A stretch of DNA of 63,701 nt, filler included, from Octopus bimaculoides (GCF_001194135.2; 6 parts of 6 records of this genome joined end to end with filler, not necessarily neighbours in it), one strand, 5' to 3'; numbered from the whole stretch's first letter, positions 42,182-54,524 are shown. Made by a program: numbers and translations. The notes: a model not told the origin generated them from the sequence alone.

Positions 42182-42300
42182 TCATGGAAGACTGATGTTG
42201 TTTTGTGCCAAGTTAGTCATGATGAAGTAATGAATTACAGAGGTTATCAGTTTGGGCTAACATGGAAAAATGTGTTGAAACAATATGGGCAGATCTCTAT
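42182..42300 (+). CDS. Candidate coding exon (119 nt, phase 0->2): SWKTDVVLCQVSHDEVMNYRGYQFGLTWKNVLKQYGQIS
   Basis: Acceptor ctgacag| (weak tract) and donor TAT|gtaaaa. A 126-nt intron joins it to the 42427 exon with matching phase. Confidence 0.4.
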
Positions 42301-42426
42301 GTAAAACATTGACAATAGATATAATTCATATTAATGATTTTACTCCTTATCTTCCATGTTGACACAGATTTTCTGAAAGTTTGAAAACTTGTAAAAACTG
42401 TTAATGGTAAATATCTTTATCTTTAG

Positions 42427-42511
42427 ATGTCCATTCAAAGACCAATCTCTGGCCTCTGATGTTGGTCAGTGTTTGGATAGATTAAAACAGAAAGTCTATG
42501 GAGAAGATTGA
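42427..42511 (+). CDS. Candidate terminal coding exon of a convergent plus-strand gene: xCPFKDQSLASDVGQCLDRLKQKVYGED*
   Basis: Strong acceptor aaatatctttatctttag| and an open phase-2 frame ending at TGA 42509-42511, followed by AT-rich UTR-like sequence. Confidence 0.45.
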
Positions 42512-42948
42512 GCCTTTGATTTTTTTTTTTCTAATTATATTGTATTTAGCCAATATTTTTCTTGACGTATATGAAGTTCTATAAAAATGTTCTAACGGTC
42601 TCTAAACATAGCATTATTTTATAATTTTATTTGTTGTTTTGAGGAGTGTCATTGACCATAGCCAGTTCACACTGGGAGATATAATCAGAGTTCAACTTTT
42701 GAACTTATGTAGTTGAATGTTTGTTGGGAAAATCAAGGCAGGGATGGTTTTTCCAGGAGGATACAGTTTTGTAGAGGAAGGATTAGGCTAAATGATGTGG
42801 AGATAGTGGAGTGTGTTGGGTAGTTAGTAAAGATGATACATAGTTTACGACTTCAGAGTAGCAGAGATTGTTATAGAAAGGACAAAAGTAAAAAATGTGG
42901 AAAAGGTTATTGGTAGGTCAATGATTTTAGAATATTGGTGAGGCTTAC

Positions 42949-43071
42949 CTATCAGGAAGATAGTGTTTTCTTTGGGACATGGTGCAGTGTGTGTGTATGT
43001 GGTAGCTGCCTTATACTTGATATCGGGGAAAATTCTCTGATGTAGAATACAGTTGTGCTTTTCATGAAACC
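42949..43071 (-). CDS. Candidate coding exon (123 nt, phase 1->1): xFHEKHNCILHQRIFPDIKYKAATTYTHTAPCPKENTIFLI
   Basis: Acceptor tactttattttcgaag|, strong donor TAG|gtaagc and 40 open codons. Linking exons between 46027 and 43071 are unresolved; candidates are 45140-45175 and 44667-44722. Confidence 0.5.
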
Positions 43072-45639
43072 CTTCGAAAATAAAGTATTTTTAGCTCTAA
43101 AATGGAAAACAAACTTTTGCAGTGTGATACCTATGTAATCACAATGAAAGGTCATCATTAATTAAAAGGTGTATGAATTATTGACTTATGGCTGTTAGCA
43201 AATGTACACACACTCCACTACATATATTACATTTGAATTGTAGTATTGAAGCTGTTCTACTCCTCTTACAGTAAGTGTTGCTAATTAGCACAGCAGGTCT
43301 GAGTGAAGTCAACAGCAGTTAGTTGGTTGGCACAAACTATTTATGTAAACTGTTCCTTTGTGTCTCTATCTACCTCTCACACTTGTGTCACATGTTGTCA
43401 TTACTGGCAACTGTTGCTCTTTATTATTCGACATACACTATAGATTTTACTGTTTACAGAAGCATCTATGTTTTTTTTTTTTAAACTTTAGTTATTCATA
43501 TCCTAAGGGATTTGGGCTGTTGAAATGTTATTTTAGTTTATTGCAATAGTTGCTGAATAGGTTGACTTCATGAAATTAAAAGAATAAGAATTATTGCTCC
43601 TCTCTTCGATAAAACAGTGTAATTTTGTGAGAAATTATTTTAAAGATGAATATTTTTTTCATGTCATTTGTAGATTATTCTAACAAGTTAGGGCTTCATT
43701 GGAATCTCCTCTTCATCTCAAAATGAAATTCTAAATATTGCTATGTGATATGAGGAATATAGATGTCCAATACTGCTTCCTGTTGCAATGACCAACTCAG
43801 TGGCATGGTTGTGTATGTGTGTGTACATGTGTGTGTGTGTGTGCCTGCATGCATGCAACAGTGTAACTTGTCTTCAGTGTAAACTTTGTGGATTAAGATT
43901 TCTCAGTATCATACAGAACATCAATCAATTTGAGAAATCAGAAACACCAGTCTTAATAAATAACATCCAACATTCAGTTTGGAAAGAAACATAATTCTTG
44001 TCCTTCCTTTTAGCAATCATGTTAAAAAAGAAATATTCCCTTGTCCTCAAGCCTCCATCTAATTTAACCCTAACAGAAGACTTCTTTGTTGATGTTAAAC
44101 ACTATTGTAGTGGAGGTTGTTGACTTAGATGGATCCATTAGTTGATCCTTCAGGGACTCTGTGAATGGATCTTTGTTAGCCCTCTAAAGTCCAGCGTCAT
44201 CCTCAGGGTAATTCTATCTGTTTACAGTATATGTCCAACTATTTTGTCTAGTTTTAATTAATGTGGTTAGTGTTAAATTTCCATCTATTCCAGAACTTTT
44301 ATTTAAAAATTGTCTTACACAATATATTTATTGCTTTTATTAGAGGACAGGGATAAGTTTCAAGGTGATTCTGGTCACTAGCTATGGCAGGTTGACTAAC
44401 TCATAGGTTTTGATAGTCTCACTAACTGTAATATGTTGAGAAACAAAAAAGCGACCTTGTTCATTCTCCAGCTATTATTTTGCCTATATCTATTGTGGTC
44501 ACAATCAGGGCCACTGGGTTGGGCAATGCTTCTAGACTGTTATGCTGCACCCTCAAAATATATCAGTGCTTGTTGGAATCAACAGTGTAGCCATGCATAA
44601 AACAAAAGCAATATATGAAGTGCTAGATCTTGTGATCATGACTACGTATTCAACTCATTTACATACATGCCCTTGATCAGGACTTTATAATTAAGCTGTA
44701 TGTCTGTTGAGGTTTCTCTAGCCTGAATAACTCAATTGCAATCTATACAGCACAGAATTGATAAATGTTTCTTTAGCTGCCAGGGATCTGAAGAAGGGAA
44801 CAAAACATTGCCCTAATATGGTTTCCCTTAAATCACTACTTCATGATGAAGTTTGAAGTTTTCTGAGTGGCCCTGATAGACTAACAATTAATCTATGACA
44901 TATTTTTATACATATACATACTAATACATCTGTGTGTTTGTGTGTGTGTAACTAAATAAGCAACCATTATGCTGAACTATGTTGCTGCAAATGTAGAAAT
45001 GCTATACAAGGTTTTGCCAACCAGTAAAGTTACTGCAATTTTCAATGTAACCAGGTTATGCCACTTATGCCTATAAAGTTACTTGTGAACAGACTATGAA
45101 ACCTCATAAAATTTGAATTTTCACAAAATTTCTATGTACTTGCCACTTCAGAGTGATTGAAGTAGTTGTCAATACCTACAACTTTAATATAATTATATCT
45201 CCAGATATAACAAGAATAACATCAAGCAACATCTCTTCTACACTATGAATATATTTCACTGTTATGTAGGTAGACTTGAGATTTCACACCCACATACACA
45301 CATTGTCAGTTATCTCCCCATTCATTGCTCTTCCTTACTCACACATCCTGGTTTTCCTGTGTGCTCCTTGTTCAGTCTGTCCTCACTCTGTCTCCTGAGT
45401 AACAATGTCTTTTTTTATTGCTCTGTCTCCTTACTCATGTAATTTTGTCTACATATCTCAGAATGCAGAGTACCCTTATCACTTGCCCTTGTTATGACCT
45501 ATCACTATTATCCTTACTTCTGTCTACCTTAGCATTTGTAACTCTTGCCTTTGTAACGAGGTTGATGAATGAAGAAGTGTATAGTCAAGAGGTCCCTGTA
45601 GTCATATCATGGACATGGCTACCTCCATAGTGATGGTAC

Positions 45640-46026
45640 CACAAAAAATTCACCCAGTATACTCTGTAAGGTGGCTGGTGTTAAGAAGGACATCAAGCCT
45701 TGGAAACCAAGCCAAAAAAATTACACAAGTGAGTTGTGGTTCTCCAACCTTTCTAGATGAACAGCACCCTTGAATATTTGATGAATCAAACTGTGGCAAC
45801 CCATCCAGCACGAAAAGTGAACACACACACACACACACACACATTTCATTGTATCATCATCATTATCATTTGACACATGTTTTCCATGCTGGCATGAGTT
45901 GGACAGTGTAACCAAAGCTGGAGAGCTGCGCCAAGTTCTTGTCTGATTTGGCCTGGTTTTTTTGGCTGGATGTCCTTCCTAATGCCAACCATTTTACAGT
46001 GTGTGTGGGTGCTTTTTACATGGTAC
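45640..46026. mobile_element. SINE-derived fragments with internal (CA)n tract
   Basis: tggctggatgtccttcctaatgccaaccattttacag and catcatcatcattatcatttgac...tttccatgctggcatg blocks typical of octopus SINE tails. Confidence 0.55.
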
Positions 46027-46084
46027 CAAGGACAATGCAAATTCCCTTTCATTTTTGTAGCTGACAAAGTCTCTGACTGCACCT
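46027..46084 (-). CDS. Candidate coding exon (58 nt, phase 2->0): (L)GAVRDFVSYKNEREFALSL
   Basis: Acceptor tgtattgcacttgtag| and donor TTG|gtacca, which abuts a SINE end. Completes the spliced motif AGSTLLGAVRD. Confidence 0.55.
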
Positions 46085-46398
46085 CTACAAGTGCAATACA
46101 TTTGCAGAAACACATTTTGTATTCAGATATGAAAAATAAGTTTTATTTTAATATATATTTTTATTTGCTTCTACATCATATTGTTATATAATACTACACC
46201 ATGTTTATCGTATACTCTAGTAAGACTGGTGTATTTCAAGAAATAGTGTGTGTGTGTGTGTGGAGAGAGAGAATGTGTTTATTATCAGTTAATAAAAAGA
46301 AGAGCAGCGCCCATGGCCCTTTACAGGCCTTCTTAGACTGGTGAGAAGATAGGAGGAAGTTATCTTCATCAGACTGCTAACCAAACCTGTATACTTAC

Positions 46399-46443
46399 AA
46401 CAGAGTGGACCCTGCTAAAGGCACCCAAGGTGGTGCTGTTAAA
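46399..46443 (-). CDS. Candidate coding exon (45 nt, phase 2->2): (C)LTAPPWVPLAGSTL(L)
   Basis: Acceptor ttaatccatcacccag| and donor TT|gtaagt. Phase-compatible with the 46754-46794 and 46027-46084 exons. Confidence 0.55.
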
Positions 46444-46753
46444 CTGGGTGATGGATTAAATCTATCACACATTAACAGTTTATTTATTTCTGAGGGACAT
46501 TCACCCAGTTTCTTTCTGCTCTCAAGACCATGGCAGAAAACACTGAAGTTGCTGAGATGGAGGAATCAAACAGCTAATTTTGTTGTGGGCAAATGAACTT
46601 CTCTACCATGTAGCTATAGTTCTGTGTATACACGTGTGTGTGTGTGTGTGTGTGTGTGAGCATAAATATAGACACTCACACATACACTTTTGGCAGAGTA
46701 GCTATTATGTTTATACATCCTATTTCATTAATAATTTGTCAGGAATAATTTAC

Positions 46754-46794
46754 CAATGTCTAAAGTTGTTTAAAGCAATGAGAAATCTAGCTGA
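46754..46794 (-). CDS. Candidate coding exon (41 nt, phase 0->2): SARFLIALNNFRH(C)
   Basis: Very strong acceptor gtccattctctttccag| and donor TTG|gtaaat. Only phase 0 is open, and it is phase-compatible with both neighbours. Confidence 0.55.
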
Positions 46795-46970
46795 CTGGAA
46801 AGAGAATGGACATATTGAGGTTTGGTCTGATTCAGCTCTATGACTCTCCTATTCTTTCAGGTCTGTTTCATTAAACAATTAGACATGGCCATTAAGTCTT
46901 TTTAAATACAGTACATTTATATTTTTAACCATATATCTACACACACACACTCACACTCTATCTTCTCTCA

Positions 46971-47051
<81 letters not shown>

Positions 47052-47859
47052 TAATATTGATTGACTGACTTAATGTTAAAGATTTCAGCAATTCATATGT
47101 ATCTATGTAGGTCATCAGTTTACATTCACTCTCCATGCTGACATAGGTGGGTCAGTTTGACAAGGTCCAATGATTTGAAGAACTGTCTTGCTCAGGTGTT
47201 TCAAGTTTGACATGATTTCTATGGCTGAATACCCTTCTAGATGAACTGGATGTTTTCTTTTTTTGTTTCATTTTTTCAAAACACTAGCACTAGTGAGGTC
47301 ACTTTGCAACTCACAAGATGAAAGTGCCCCAGCAACTGAGAGAGACAATAGGGGACAGGGTGGTGACTTTAGGCAAGATGTTGACAAATTACAGTATGAT
47401 GGGTGGAGCAGATTTATTAAGGAAGGTGGTTAGTGGAGAGACTAACAGATACAGTGTAAGGGAAGATAATGATAAAAGGGAAAGAGAAGGAGTGGTGTCA
47501 ATAGTTTGTAAGAAAAGATGAGAGAGTGATAAGGATGACAGTAGGGTGTGTTGAGTAGGAGAATATTCAGTGCTTTTCTGCATTACATATGGGTAGGTGG
47601 AGGTAATGCACTGGTGCTTGGTAGAGAGAGGATGAAGTGACTGGGATCCAGAGAGTACCCTCAAGGTGATTTGTCCAAGAAGGTGAATAGAAAAAATACA
47701 TGGTGAAAAAAGGCTCGGAGATGTGGATAAAGGTTGCAATGGTGTTTTGGCAAAGAGACACCTTGTGTGAGCTTCAGTTTTTAGAAATTTGCTTCTATTA
47801 CCTCTGCTCATGTCTTCCTCTTCCATTGGATCATTCCTCATGAATCTCCTATGTACTTC

Positions 47860-48370
47860 TTCACTTGCCTATCATCTTCTGTATGCATCACATGTCCATA
47901 CCAGTTCAACTATCACTCTTGCACACTACAGCTTATTCCTCATATATTCAGCTTTTCTCTCAACTTCTCTATATTTTGTCATTTAGCACAGTCACATCAC
48001 ACATCCAACAGATCATGTTGACCTTATTTCTTTCCAGTTTTTGCATTCAGTGCCCACATCTCACTCCCATGCATCATACAATCTATCCTTCACTAGGAGA
48101 GACAATCCTCTTGTTGACAGCAAAGGTAGTATCTCCTTTAACTTTTTCCACTTTATTCTAATTCTGGTCACTACAACTTCAGTACGCCCTCCCCCACTAC
48201 TGATTAGGTCACCTAGGTAACAGAAGCTATGAACTACTTCTATAGGCCCCTCTGAGCATTGCAAGAAATTTACTTTACTGGTGCTCTGGGGACTCATTAC
48301 TCCTGGTCCCTCAGTTGGGTAAACTTCAAGAAGATCCTCTTCCTTCCACACATTGTTCACATCTCTCATA
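47860..48370 (-). mobile_element. RTE-clade LINE ORF2 fragment (post-RT region), decayed
   Basis: IEVVHSFCYLGDLISSGGGRTEVVVTRIRIKWKKLKEILPLLSTRGLSLLVKDRLYDA matches RTE F.YLG...SGGG....RI..AW.KF.ELLPLL. Homology continues to 47860. Confidence 0.85.
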
Positions 48371-48429
48371 ACAGAATCTCCAGGCCTCTTCTTAACATTT
48401 CAAACACACACTCCCCCCCCCCCAAAAAA

Positions 48430-48625
48430 AACAATCTTGATGCACTACCTTGCAACTTGAAACATTTAATGGCAAGATTCTCACAGCTCCAAATAGCACC
48501 AAACCTTTTCCTTTCAGCTTCTCTTTTAGCAATATGGTATTCCTCTTAATTGTCCCTTTTCTTCCATTCTTTCCAGGCTGGCTTTATTTTTTATGGCTCT
48601 ATCTATGCTGGTATTCCACCACCAT
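48430..48625 (-). mobile_element. RTE-clade LINE ORF2 fragment (pre-RT region)
   Basis: WWNTSIDRAIKNK followed by a purine-rich decayed frame, typical of the WWN...AIK.K motif. Confidence 0.55.
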
Positions 48626-48995
48626 ATATTTTTTATTTAGCTCTGTAGTTCCCAAACAGGGTCCATATACGATTGTGGAGTGGGGCTCAACAAAATAGTA
48701 AATTGACGATCCACAATAATATTCTAGGACCCTTGAAAAAAGTTTGTTTTAGATGTATGTTTTGGTATATATTTCAAGAAACAGCGAGGTTTCTTTTTCT
48801 AACATTTTACATAGTTCAATCTACACAAGTTAGTATGTGAAAAACAAAATAGGAATTTTGAAAGAAGTTTCTATAAAGCTAGTTTTTAAACATCAAATAG
48901 CTTTGGAGGTCCACAAAGAGAAAACAGTAATCAAAGTGGCTGAGAACCCCTGATTTAGCTCATGCTTTGCTCTAGCTGCAAATCTGATTCATAAC

Positions 48996-49174
48996 TTTCA
49001 GTAAGTTATCATGTAGAAATTTCTGGTTATCGTCTAAATTATTTGGCTGTATCATCTCCTCCTCTTCATCATAAGCATCATCTAGTATTGCTCCATACAT
49101 ATATTTAGCAAAGGGACCTTTCAGCTTCCACACCATCCACCTGCAGACTGTCTTTTGTCTCAGTCCATCTAACT
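48996..49174 (-). CDS. Coding exon (179 nt, phase 1->0): (E)LDGLRQKTVCRWMVWKLKGPFAKYMYGAILDDAYDEEEEMIQPNNLDDNQKFLHDNLLK
   Basis: Acceptor ttaacgatttctgaataag| and 59 open codons with protein-like composition in AT-rich DNA. The donor AAA|gttatg is weak; read-through gives ...LLKVMNQICS* (stop near 48970), so it could instead be a terminal exon. Confidence 0.75.
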
Positions 49175-50637
49175 CTTATTCAGAAATCGTTAATCAGTGA
49201 CATATGAAGGACCACACAATCTTCACTTGGAAATGACTTGGTTTTTACAACCATTTATCTCTACCAATTTCCATGGAACTGATCTCTAAATGCTTTAACC
49301 GGGTCCTTGCCCCCTAGTGGATTCTCTCCCCTCACACATCCACAACACTAACTATGCTCTTTGTCTTTTCAACTCTTTCTCCTTCCCTCCTGGCCCCTCT
49401 AAACTTTTATTCGCTCATGGTATCAAGAGTCTATATACGGTGATCCCACACCATGAAGGACTTCTTGCCCTCAAAGGATGAGCATCAAACTAATACACCT
49501 GCTTGTTGTTTATACACCTGTCTTCGTCTTTTGTTTTTCTGTAAATTTCAACTATATATGGGTGTGTATACATGTAGATCAATAGATACAGACACAATGC
49601 ACCGATGTATATATGTGTGTGTATGTAAGCATTTATGCATATATGCATTAATATATGCAACCACACAGCCATGCCTGTGTCTTTTTTTTTTCTTTTTGGT
49701 TAAATACTTTGCTTCCCAATCATGTTTTGGGGTTCAGTCTTACTGTGTAGTATTTGGATAAGTGTCTTCTCCAACTAAAACCTTGTGAGCAGATTTGGTA
49801 GACAGAAACTGAAAGAAGCCCATCATATGTGTATGTGTGTGTGTGCACATGCGTGTGTTTGTGTTAGCCTGTCATGACATCATGTGACACTTGTGAACAA
49901 GTACCATTGTCATACAAGCTGTGTTATTCATTTGCAATCATCTTCTGTGAAAAACATGCCTGGGTATGGAGAAATTTTACGTTTTTTACCTTGTTTGGAA
50001 ACACGGAAGGCTTTGCAACAGGAAGGAATCCAACAATAGAAAATCTACTTCAATGAGTTTCATCAGATCTATGCAAACATGGAAAACAGGATATTAAAAC
50101 AAGGATTATATATATATATATAGATAGATAGATAGATAGATATAGAGATAGATAGACAGACAGATAGACACACGCACACACACGCACTGTTTGGTTAAGA
50201 AGTTTGCTTCCCTAACACATGGTTTCTAGCTCAGTCCCACTGCATGCCACCTTAGGCATGTGTCTTCTGCTGTAGCCCCAGGCAAACCAAAGCCTTGTAA
50301 GTGGATCTGTATGATGGAAAATGAAAGAAGCCTGTCATTTATGTGTGTTTGTATGTGTATGTTTGTACTACCTTGTCTTAACATCATATGATAGTTGTTG
50401 TAAACGAGTGTCACTCTCATACAAGCAGTGTCATTCTTTTCCAATATTCTGCAAAAACAGGTCTGATGGGGAAATATTATCTTGCTTGGAAACAGGTAAG
50501 GGTTGGCAACAGGAAAGGCATCTCGCTCTAGAAATTTTGCCTCAGTAAACTCTGTCTGATCAATGCATGCATGGAAAAGTGGATATTAAAATAGTGATGA
50601 TATTGATGATATACAAGCATATGTATTTTTATAGATT

Positions 50638-50670
<33 letters not shown>

Positions 50671-50885
50671 GCATACACACACACTCATATACATATATAT
50701 ATATATATCTGTGTATGTGTGTGTATCACAAGATCTTAATGTTTTGTTGTAGTGTACCTGAGCACTGTATACAATAAGTTTATTATTATATATATATACT
50801 TACACATGCATATATCACACACACACACACATACATACATACATACAAGGGAAAGGTTGGCAGTAACATTGAAATTTGAGCTTAC

Positions 50886-50971
50886 CTGCCATCAATGGAC
50901 TGTCTGATGACAGCAAGTAAGCCAACAATTCTATGTCATTATCAATCTTTACCTTGAATAAGTGTGGTACT
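50886..50971 (-). CDS. Coding exon (86 nt, phase 2->1) of an unidentified minus-strand gene: (R)VPHLFKVKIDNDIELLAYLLSSDSPLMA(E)
   Basis: Acceptor gcaatacttttcatag| and strong donor CAG|gtaagc. The frame is open, and its phase joins the 49174 exon (G+AG=Glu). It lies in the CpG-depleted domain. Confidence 0.75.
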
Positions 50972-51641
50972 CTATGAAAAGTATTGCATGATACTTTAAT
51001 TTCATGTTTGACTACTTTTATGTATATTTGTAGATAAATATACATACATATAGAAAGACAGAAAGAGGAAGATATATATATATATATATGCATAATTTGC
51101 TGCCTTGGCATGAAGCATGTTGAATCTTTTGGAAAGAATGTTTATACTTTCTTATCCTCCAACTTTTTGTAAATATACATACATATACATATATTTATAC
51201 ATGCATACATATCAATCTAACTGTATATATATATATATATATATATGCTGCTATTGTTTAAATATTCACTAATATACACATATACATATATATATAAACG
51301 CATATATATATTTAATTAGGAAATATGTTAACCTCATTAAGGGATGGTTTCAACCAAGAAAATATTGGTTCAATACCTAATACTGTTGAGGAATGAGGCA
51401 TATATTAAGCATATAGTTTATATCCAGTTAAAAGAAGAAAAGAAGCAGCTAGAGTTAGCAATTATTTATAAGTAACAAATTGGTCATCTTCGCTTGTTAC
51501 TGCCGTTTCATTTAATACTCAATAATTTAAATTTGCAATTTAAAATATTCAGTATTAATTGAAATGTCTGTAAAAAGTGAAGAAGACCAATTTGTTGATA
51601 ATAATTGTTAAATTCCTTATTTCCATTCTCTTTTCTTCTTT

Positions 51642-51697
<56 letters not shown>

Positions 51698-51870
51698 TAT
51701 GTGTGTGTACATATATAGATATATATGTATTTACAAATGTACATACATATATATATATGTCTATATATATATGTATTTACATANNNNNNNNNNTACATAT
51801 ATGTATATATACACATATATATACATATACATACACAATATACATATACACTCACATATATATATTATAT

Positions 51871-51919
<49 letters not shown>

Positions 51920-51967
51920 CATACATACATATATACATACATACATACATGTATATACATATATATA

Positions 51968-52155
51968 TGAAGCCAGTATGCTCCGCTGGATGTGTAATGT
52001 CAGTGTGCATACCCGTCAGAGTGTAAGTATCTTGAGAGAAAAGCTGAACATAAGAAGCATCAGTTGTGGTGTGCAAGAGAGACGATTGCGCTGGTATGGA
52101 CATGTGGTGAGAATGGATGAGGATAGCTGCGTGAAAAAGTGCCACACCCTAACAN
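51968..52155 (+). mobile_element. RTE-clade LINE ORF2 C-terminal fragment, frame intact
   Basis: EASMLRWMCNVSVHTRQSVSILREKLNIRSISCGVQERRLRWYGHVVRMDEDSCVKKCHTL contains the RTE RRLRWYGHV.RM motif; truncated by a gap. Confidence 0.9.
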
Positions 52156-52335
52156 NNNNNNNNNNNNNNNNNNNNNNNNNNNNNNNNNNNNNNNNNNNTT
52201 AATTAATTAANNNNNNNNNNNNNNNNNNNNNNNNNNNNNNNNNNNNNNNNNNNNTTGCTGGGGACTTAAACTGACCAACACACACACACACACACGCACA
52301 CCACCACCAACACCACCACCACCACTACCACCACC

Positions 52336-52367
<32 letters not shown>

Positions 52368-52419
52368 CAACAACAACACCACCACCACCGTACATATATA
52401 CACACACATGATGAGTTTC

Positions 52420-52575
52420 TTTCAGATTCCTTCTACCAAATCCATTTACAAGGCTTTGGTCGGCCCGAGGCTATAATAGAAGACACTTACCCAAGGTTTC
52501 ACGCTGTGTAACTGGACCCGGAGCGATGTGCTTGGGAAGTGAGCTTATTGCTACACATCCGCGCCTGCGCCTTTG
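52420..52575 (-). mobile_element. SINE family A, 5' half, inverted
   Basis: Reverse complement of the head and body of 58094-58220. Confidence 0.75.
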
Positions 52576-53110
52576 CTTCATCCTAGTCTACGTGGACATA
52601 CTCCTCATTTAATACGTTCTTTAAGGTACGATGTTAAGTGTATGTGGGGACTTCCTCACAATTGATGTATAAATAAATACATAGATACGCACTCCCCACC
52701 CATCCCCACACACACAAACTCTCTCTCACACACACACATACACACACACATCAGATAAGAGTTAGACTCTTATATGCACGCATAGCTTTGTGTGTGTTGT
52801 GTGTGTGTGCGTATGTATGTATACATGCATACACATAAATTCCTCTGGTTACCTAATACACACGTGTGTGTGTATACATATATACACATAAATCCCTCTA
52901 TTTACCTATTACACGCACACACACACACGTATGCGCGCGCACGCATGTAAGCGCGTGTTGTTCGTATATGTGTATGGAGAAGTAGCGATTGCACCATTGT
53001 AAATTCCAGTTACTATTTTGGTGACTTCAAATACATTTTTCCTGCCGTGCTTTTCCTATGCTATTACCATTAGCACATGGCTTGTGGTTAATACAAATAT
53101 ATATACATAC

Positions 53111-53168
<58 letters not shown>

Positions 53169-54449
53169 TTAATCTCAGGAATTCTCTCCTAATAATTTTG
53201 CCCGTTCTTTCATACCTAAGCGTAAATTAGGATTTGCGTTTTCGTTTTGTTGTTATGACAAAGTTCGTTGCATTACTGTAGTGCCAATAATATACCACGA
53301 GGAATATTTCCCAGCTCTGTAGAGATGTCTTTAAAGTGTTAGCATTATAATGCTGAATGTTTAGATTGTTTTGTGTTTTAGCTAAGCTGTGTATCCGTAT
53401 AAATTAAATGCTGGAATGATCGTTAGCTGCTTATGCTATTTGCACAACGGTGGCTTTTATCTATTTTTCAGTATGTGTAGGTTTTCTTTCGTGCTTTGTC
53501 AGTATATACGTGCATTTTACTGGAAGACAACTTTTCAACGATTTCAAAATATATTTCGTGCAGAGTCGGGGTTCATACATTTCTACTTTATGTGATGTTG
53601 AAACGTGTACCGAGTTGTTAGTGTCTATGTGTCGAATTTTCACTGTTTGACCGGTGTTCCGTGCGTGACTATATAGTATTATTTTGTATCATATTATATC
53701 CTGGACTAGAGTATCCAGTACATTATTCTCCATTTTAAAGAGGTTAGGATGGAACTTTAAGGAGATTTGTGTTTGCAAGATTAATTATTAAATTGTGAGA
53801 ATGCAGTAAATACAGAAACACGACAATTATTTATTAATTTTTCACGAATAGAATCTCAGATTAATGTTAATTCTATTGCAGTAACATTTGTATTCTATGG
53901 AGAAATCAAGATATGTCGATCGAGCCGCCAGCATAGGTTATTCTATGTAATTGCTTTACCTGCTAAAAGTAACTGTCAAATCCTCCTCTGCATCATGTTT
54001 TATTTATAGAAAGTGAATAAAATGTACATGATTACAGGTGGAATAACTTTCATTTTATTTCCGCTTGAAAAGGGATTTGAAAAATGATAAGCGGCAATAC
54101 ATGTCGATGTTTGGAAAACAGTTATTTAGGAACCTTCATAATGTTCCTATTAAATGGGATTTCTGTCATGGATTAGTTGGAGTGGAGGGGTGAGAGGAGA
54201 ACAAAATTGAAGTAAAAAAGGCGAAGAGAAAGAAGAGAATGTGAAAGATGAAGAGGTGGAATAGGAAGAAATGCCTTTTAACTTTGTGGGAAGCTCATAT
54301 TTACTTGTGAGATAAACTCGGTGTATATTTATCTTCCACGTTTCTGTGCGTAGAAAAGTACGTCGTAGATGTGTAAACAGAAAATGAAAGTAATTTCCAA
54401 AGATTTGCAGGTCTAGGAAAGAATAATTAAACAAAATGTTATTTCTGTA

Positions 54450-54524
<75 letters not shown>

